NCBI GenBank assembly: GCA_005804885.1
Contig: SYOX01000371.1
Span: 1 to 49,031, forward strand
DNA length: 49,031 bases
Origin: Pseudomonadota bacterium
GTDB lineage: Bacteria > Myxococcota_A > Bradymonadia > Bradymonadales > GCA-2716585
Direction: 5' to 3'
Shown here: positions 44,757 through 49,031 of the stretch, in pieces
How the letters are laid out: each line of letters opens with the position of its first letter
Position numbering within the stretch: position 1 is the stretch's first letter
The notes under the pieces: generated by a model
Told to the model about the DNA's origin: nothing
The model's input: the letters and a program-made list of their open reading frames with translations, nothing else
Databases searched by the model: none
Program-made: the position numbers and the translations under genes

Positions 44757-46493
44757 TCATCTGAGTAAACCGTCTTCCCGCCACCACCGCAAGAGCAGCA
44801 GCTCGGCCTCGGAGGGCCTGGCCCCGTTGGGGGGCATCGTCCCTGGCTGTCCGGCCTCGATGGCCGTGCGGGTGATGATGTTGTCGATCTTCTCGACCCA
44901 GCTCTCATAGGTGTCTGGCTTGAAGCCGCCCACGTGACAGCTTGAACGGGCGCAGTAGCGCCCGTAGATCGGCTCGACGTGCTCGTCCCAGGTGATCGTC
45001 TCCGGCCTGGCCGTCCAATCAAAGGGGACATCGAGGCGCGTGTCGGGCAGCGGCTCGCGGTAATCCACCTCGATGCGAAGGGCGTGGGCGCCCGGCGAGA
45101 GGCAGTCGGACCAGAGCGCGCCGCCGCCGCCGACGAGGTAGGGCTCCTGGTCCATCGCGGCGGGCTGGCAGTCGTCGACCTGGACGCGGAGCTGCTCGAC
45201 CTGATCGGGGAGGGTCGGGAAGACCTGGAGATCTGGCATGGAGTCGAGGGCCTGGCCGGCCTCGAGGCCGACGAGCGTCACCGGGGGGGTCTCGAAGGCG
45301 TGCGAGAGGCTGCCGGCCCGCGTGATCCAGGCGCCGCCCTGGTTCGAGGGGGCGATGGCGACCACGTCGCTGACCGGGCCGACGAGGGCGGCCTCCCACT
45401 GCTGGCCGTCCAGGGTTCTGTAGAGGCCCTGGGTCGTGTGCAGCCAGACGGCGCCGTCGGCGGCGACGGTCACGCCGAGGGCCTCGCGGCCCTCGGGCAG
45501 GGCCCAGCGGGCCCAGCGCGCGCCGCCGAGGACGGGGCCTGGGCGTCGGGAGAAGAGGTGCTGGCGCGTGGCGGTCCAGACGACCCCGGCGCGATCGGCG
45601 CCCAGCGCGATCAGCGGCCCGCCGAAGTCGACGTCGATGGCGAAGGCCGCCACCGTCGCCCCCTCGGGCCGCAGGGCGAAGAGGCGCTGGCCGTAGGTGA
45701 CCCAGATCGACTGGCCGAGCGGATCCTCCAGATCCGGCCCCAGGGTCATGTGATCGACCGCGGCGTCGAGTTCGACGCCGCCGCCGGGGCCGACGCGGAA
45801 GACCTCCTGGCCCTGGATGACGAAGAGTCCCTTGTCGCTGGCGCACCACAGGCCGAGTCGGCCGTCGGGGTCAAAGACGCGCTCGACGAGCATGGCGTGG
45901 ACGAGGCCGTCGACGATCGAGGACAAGGGCGAGGGCCACAGGAAGCCCTCGCTGCGGTAGAGGAGGCCGAGGTCGGTGGAGATCAGCAGGCCCTCGTCGT
46001 CGTCGAGGGTCGCGGCGGCCAGCGCCGTGCCGAGGGGCGCGGTCGGGTCCCAGCCGGCCAGCAGGGGGCGCAGGAGGCCGTCGCGGCCGACGCCGAAGAT
46101 GGCGCCGCCGGCGCTGACGTGGCCGTGGATGGGGCTGGCGCCGAGGGTCAGGAGCGGCGAGTCGCCGTCGAGGCCCTCGGGCAGCGGCACGATCTCGCGC
46201 AGCAGCTCGACCCTCGAGCCGATCTCCAGCAGCCGGTCCTCGATCAAGGGCGGCGCGACCTCGAAGGGCTCGTCGGGGTCTGGCAGGATGTTGGAAGAAT
46301 CGGGCGTCTCGTCGTCCCCATTTCCGTCGGGGTCGGCGTCGGGGCCGGCGTCGGAGCCGGCGTCGGGGGGCTGGGCTGGAGGGTCGAGGCCGCCCTCGTC
46401 CCCGCACCCCGCCCCGAGGCCGCCCAGGAGCGCCGCGAGCAGGAGGGAGCAGGCTCGCCTCGCAAGAAGGGGGTTGTTCTGGGCCTCGCTCAT
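44757..46493 (-). CDS. beta-propeller-like lipoprotein with a C-terminal PSCyt-like (Planctomycete-type cytochrome c-like) domain
   Basis: Lipobox (LLLAALLGGLGAGC). Repeated G-hydrophobic blade-like segments. C-terminal YCARSSCHVGGFKPDTYESWV...GTMPPNGARPSEAELLLLRWWREDG matches the ...CH..GG...MPP...S..E..LL..W..G signature of PSCyt domains, here with a CX4CH variant. Confidence 0.6.
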   Translation of the reverse strand: MSEAQNNPLLARRACSLLLAALLGGLGAGCGDEGGLDPPAQPPDAGSDAGPDADPDGNGDDETPDSSNILPDPDEPFEVAPPLIEDRLLEIGSRVELLREIVPLPEGLDGDSPLLTLGASPIHGHVSAGGAIFGVGRDGLLRPLLAGWDPTAPLGTALAAATLDDDEGLLISTDLGLLYRSEGFLWPSPLSSIVDGLVHAMLVERVFDPDGRLGLWCASDKGLFVIQGQEVFRVGPGGGVELDAAVDHMTLGPDLEDPLGQSIWVTYGQRLFALRPEGATVAAFAIDVDFGGPLIALGADRAGVVWTATRQHLFSRRPGPVLGGARWARWALPEGREALGVTVAADGAVWLHTTQGLYRTLDGQQWEAALVGPVSDVVAIAPSNQGGAWITRAGSLSHAFETPPVTLVGLEAGQALDSMPDLQVFPTLPDQVEQLRVQVDDCQPAAMDQEPYLVGGGGALWSDCLSPGAHALRIEVDYREPLPDTRLDVPFDWTARPETITWDEHVEPIYGRYCARSSCHVGGFKPDTYESWVEKIDNIITRTAIEAGQPGTMPPNGARPSEAELLLLRWWREDGLLR

Positions 46494-46675
46494 TGCTTCA
46501 GGCGGGTCGATCCGTCTCCGATTAAGCACAAGGGCACTCCGACGCTCCAATCCTATTCCTTTCGGCCACTTCCGACAAGGATCATGGCGCGGGCGCATTA
46601 CAGTGGGTGAATAATTTTTCGCTTTGACAAGCGGGGCTTGTCGGGTGAGGCTCATGTGCAGGCGACGGAGGTGGC

Positions 46676-47686
46676 ATGAGGGATCATGGCGGGCATGGCG
46701 AGGGGGATCTGGCGATCAAGTATCGCGTGAGGGAGGCGGCGACGCGGCTCTCGGTGGACGCCTTCCTGCACGGGCTCAGCCGGGCGGGGTGGCACGCGCC
46801 GACGGGGAGGCGGCGGCGCGAGGGGATCGAGATCATCCGGGACGTGGCCTACCGCGAGACGGGGATGTCGGCGCACCGGATGGACGTCTTCCGGCGTGAG
46901 GGGCTCGAGGGGCCGGCGCCCGTGGTGATCTACATCCACGGCGGTGGCTTCGCGGTCTGCTCGAAGGACACGCACTGGTCGCTGGCGCTGCCCTTCGCGC
47001 GGCGGGGCTACGTGGTCTTCAACATCAATTATCGGCTGGCGCCGCACCACAAGCACCCGGCGGCCTTCCACGACGCCTGCGCGGCGCTGCTGTGGGTCCA
47101 GCGCCACGGCCACCGCTTCGGCGCCGATCCGAGCCGGATCGCGGTGGCCGGAGAGTCGGCGGGGGGCAACCTGGCTGCGGGGCTGGCGGTGGCCTCCAGC
47201 TACCGCTTCGAGGCCCAGCCCTGGGCCAGCGCCGTCTACGAGGCCGAGCACCGCATCCGGGCCGCGATCGTGGCCTGCGCGGTCCTCCAGGTCAGCGACA
47301 GCGCCCGCTTCCAGCGCCGACGGCCGCAGCGGCCGGACTGGCAGCGGCGCGTGCTCGGCGCCATGGAGCGGGCCTACATGCCCGCAGCTGCTCAAGGATC
47401 GACCCCCTTCGCTGACCCGCTGCTGGTCCTGGAAGGCCGCGCCCCTGATCGCCCCCTGCCGCCCTTCTTCACCTTCGTCGGCACGCGCGACTTCCTGCTC
47501 CACGACAGCCGCCGGCTCAAGGCGGCGCTGGACCGGCGCGGGGTCCCCTGCGACCTGCACATCTACCCGGACGAGATCCACGGCTTCCACGCCATGCCCT
47601 GGCGGCCGTCCGCCCACCGATGCTGGTCGCTCCAGCACGACTTCCTGCAGCGCCACATGCTTCCCGCCGCGCCCCCGGAGGTGTAA
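46676..47686 (+). CDS. alpha/beta hydrolase, HSL-family esterase/lipase
   Basis: Oxyanion-hole HGGGF. Nucleophile elbow GESAGG. Catalytic His near the C-terminus (EIHGFH). Confidence 0.8.
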   Translation: MRDHGGHGEGDLAIKYRVREAATRLSVDAFLHGLSRAGWHAPTGRRRREGIEIIRDVAYRETGMSAHRMDVFRREGLEGPAPVVIYIHGGGFAVCSKDTHWSLALPFARRGYVVFNINYRLAPHHKHPAAFHDACAALLWVQRHGHRFGADPSRIAVAGESAGGNLAAGLAVASSYRFEAQPWASAVYEAEHRIRAAIVACAVLQVSDSARFQRRRPQRPDWQRRVLGAMERAYMPAAAQGSTPFADPLLVLEGRAPDRPLPPFFTFVGTRDFLLHDSRRLKAALDRRGVPCDLHIYPDEIHGFHAMPWRPSAHRCWSLQHDFLQRHMLPAAPPEV

Positions 47687-47788
47687 GCTGGCCTGACCGC
47701 CTGCCCGCCGAGGCGCGCCCGTCGCCGCCGGCCTCGCCTGGATCGGCCCGCGCAGGTTGGCGCTGACCCACGACCCCTGAGGAGACCC

Positions 47789-48787
47789 ATGAAGGCTGCC
47801 CGAATCCACGGCTACGGAGGCCCCGAGGTCTTCCGCGTTGAAGAGGTCGAGCGCCCGGCCTGCGGCCCGCGCCAGGCGCTCGTCGAGGTCCACGCCACCT
47901 CCATCAACCCCGTGGACTGGAAGATCCGCAAGGGCTACCAGCGCTTCGTCAACCGCAAGGTCATGCCGGCCATCATCGGCATGGACCTCTCCGGCGTCGT
48001 CGTCGAGGTCGGCGCGCAGGTCACGCGCTTCTCCCCCGGCGACGCCGTCTACAGCTCCCCCAACCACCGCGCCGCTGGCTCCTACGCCGAGTTCGCCGCC
48101 GTCGACGAGGCCGAGCTCGCCCTCAAGCCCGCCAACATGACCCACGTCGAGGCCGCCACCATCCCCCTCGTCGGCCTGACCGCCTGGGACTGCCTCGTCC
48201 GGGGCGCCAAGGTCCAGAAGGGCGAGCGCGTCTTCATCGAGGCCGGCTCCGGCGGCGTCGGCACCTTCGCCATCCAGCTCGCGCGCCACCTCGGCGCGAC
48301 CGTCGCGACCTCCTGCAGCCCCCGCAACGAGGCCCTCTTGCGCGATCTGGGCGCCGACGTGATCGTCGATTATACCCAGGCCCGCTTTGATCAGGCCCTC
48401 GAACCCCAGGACGTCGTGCTGGAGGCCATGGGCGGCGATTCCAAGGCCATGGCCCTCAACGCCCTGGTCAAGGGCGGGCGCCTGGTCTCCATCAACAGCG
48501 ACATGCCCACCCTCGTCGGCCGCTACGGGCCCGTCCTGGGCATCGCCGCCGTCGGCCTGAGGCTGCTCACCTTCTCGATCTCTGCTCGCCTGCGGCGCGG
48601 CGTCAAGGTCCTGAGCGTCGTTCGCAAGCCTGACGGCGAGGCCCTCGGCGCGATCACTGGCCTGATCGAGCAGGGGGTGATCAAGGCCGTCGTGGACCGC
48701 GAGTTCACCCTCGACCAGATCGCCGAGGCCCACGCCTTCTCCGAGTCCGGCCGCGCCCGAGGCAAGATCGCCATCCGCGTCCGATGA
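47789..48787 (+). CDS. NADPH:quinone oxidoreductase / zinc-type alcohol dehydrogenase-like (MDR superfamily)
   Basis: GAGGAG SD before the ATG. MKAARIHGYGGPEVFRVEEVERP...HATSINPVDWKIRKG. Rossmann motif AGSGGVGTFAIQLA. Confidence 0.85.
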   Translation: MKAARIHGYGGPEVFRVEEVERPACGPRQALVEVHATSINPVDWKIRKGYQRFVNRKVMPAIIGMDLSGVVVEVGAQVTRFSPGDAVYSSPNHRAAGSYAEFAAVDEAELALKPANMTHVEAATIPLVGLTAWDCLVRGAKVQKGERVFIEAGSGGVGTFAIQLARHLGATVATSCSPRNEALLRDLGADVIVDYTQARFDQALEPQDVVLEAMGGDSKAMALNALVKGGRLVSINSDMPTLVGRYGPVLGIAAVGLRLLTFSISARLRRGVKVLSVVRKPDGEALGAITGLIEQGVIKAVVDREFTLDQIAEAHAFSESGRARGKIAIRVR

Positions 48788-48854
48788 CCCCGCACTCCAG
48801 CCCCACACTCCACCCATCCCGTCGGATCGAGGTCGCAACCGCCTGATCACATGT

Positions 48855-49031
48855 TCAGGGGTCCATGCAGCCGAGGCTCTCGGCGCTGGCGCCCGCCTGC
48901 CCCGGCGCCCCCGGCCCGCCGCCACCGACGCCGCCCTCGCCCGGCCCCACCTCCACGCCGCTCAGAGCCAGCGCCGTCCCGACGCAGAGCGCGCCTATGG
49001 AGTGGCCGCCGGCCCCGCCGCCGCCGTGACC
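48855..49031 (-). CDS. possible 3' end of a Gly-rich protein entering from the right edge
   Basis: Minus-strand frame open from the edge to a TGA at about 48855, encoding ...GALCVGTALALSGVEVGPGEGGVGGGGPGAPGQAGASAESLGCMDP*. High GC3. Other frames are also open, so this is weak. Confidence 0.2.
   Translation of the reverse strand, partial: GHGGGGAGGHSIGALCVGTALALSGVEVGPGEGGVGGGGPGAPGQAGASAESLGCMDP

Noticed and set aside
32504-46610. Series of long plus-strand ORFs (32504..34318, 34445..36637, 37063..40932, 40652..42244, 42908..44764, 44979..46610) opposite the six-gene cluster
   Set aside because: All are G/A/V/D/E/R-rich translations without signals or motifs. The minus-strand products have lipoboxes, a Tat signal and FG-GAP, DUF1501 and PSCyt signatures. 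These are shadow ORFs.

Overview
This is a 49 kb high-GC (about 70%) bacterial chromosomal segment. Several features point to a myxobacterium-like (Myxococcota) genome: many lipoproteins, Ser/Thr kinases, FG-GAP giant proteins, a cytochrome P450, PKD domains, and a MYXO-CTERM-like tail. I support about 38 protein-coding genes. I found no rRNA, tRNA, CRISPR array, integrase or transposase. Because of the GC content, almost every real gene is mirrored by a long antisense 'shadow' ORF. I assigned strand using signal peptides, catalytic motifs, SD sequences, ATGA/TGATG coupling junctions and recognisable domain signatures. Start coordinates were derived from the ORF-table frames. Any position I hand-counted on the sequence may be off by about 1 nt.

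Main points:
- **Vault-like locus (1958-8491).** The 942-aa protein at 3554-6382 is an unmistakable homolog of the eukaryotic major vault protein (MVP): vault repeats, a shoulder/SPFH-like region and a cap-helix coiled coil. It sits between a BRCT+RI-type-LRR protein and a hybrid histidine kinase, in a neighbourhood of secreted proteins.
- **Six-gene secreted/lipoprotein cluster (32498-46493, minus strand).** Order: beta-propeller/PSCyt-like lipoprotein, a Cys-rich CxxCH protein, a small lipoprotein, a Tat-secreted DUF1501 protein, then two paralogous ~1390-aa FG-GAP lipoproteins. Two of the junctions are overlapping (translationally coupled).
- **Long structured 5' leader upstream of formate-tetrahydrofolate ligase (fhs).** It follows a sigma70-like promoter and ends in a hairpin that would sequester the SD. 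This is a candidate riboswitch.
- **Divergent P450/TetR pair** with two TGAGC-N4-GCTCA operator sites in the shared intergenic region.
- **Tandem pseudokinase-kinase** Ser/Thr kinase.
- **beta-CASP RNase** carrying an internally duplicated ~400-aa C-terminal extension.
- **Two intergenic tandem-repeat arrays**: 17 bp x4 and ~44-48 bp x4.
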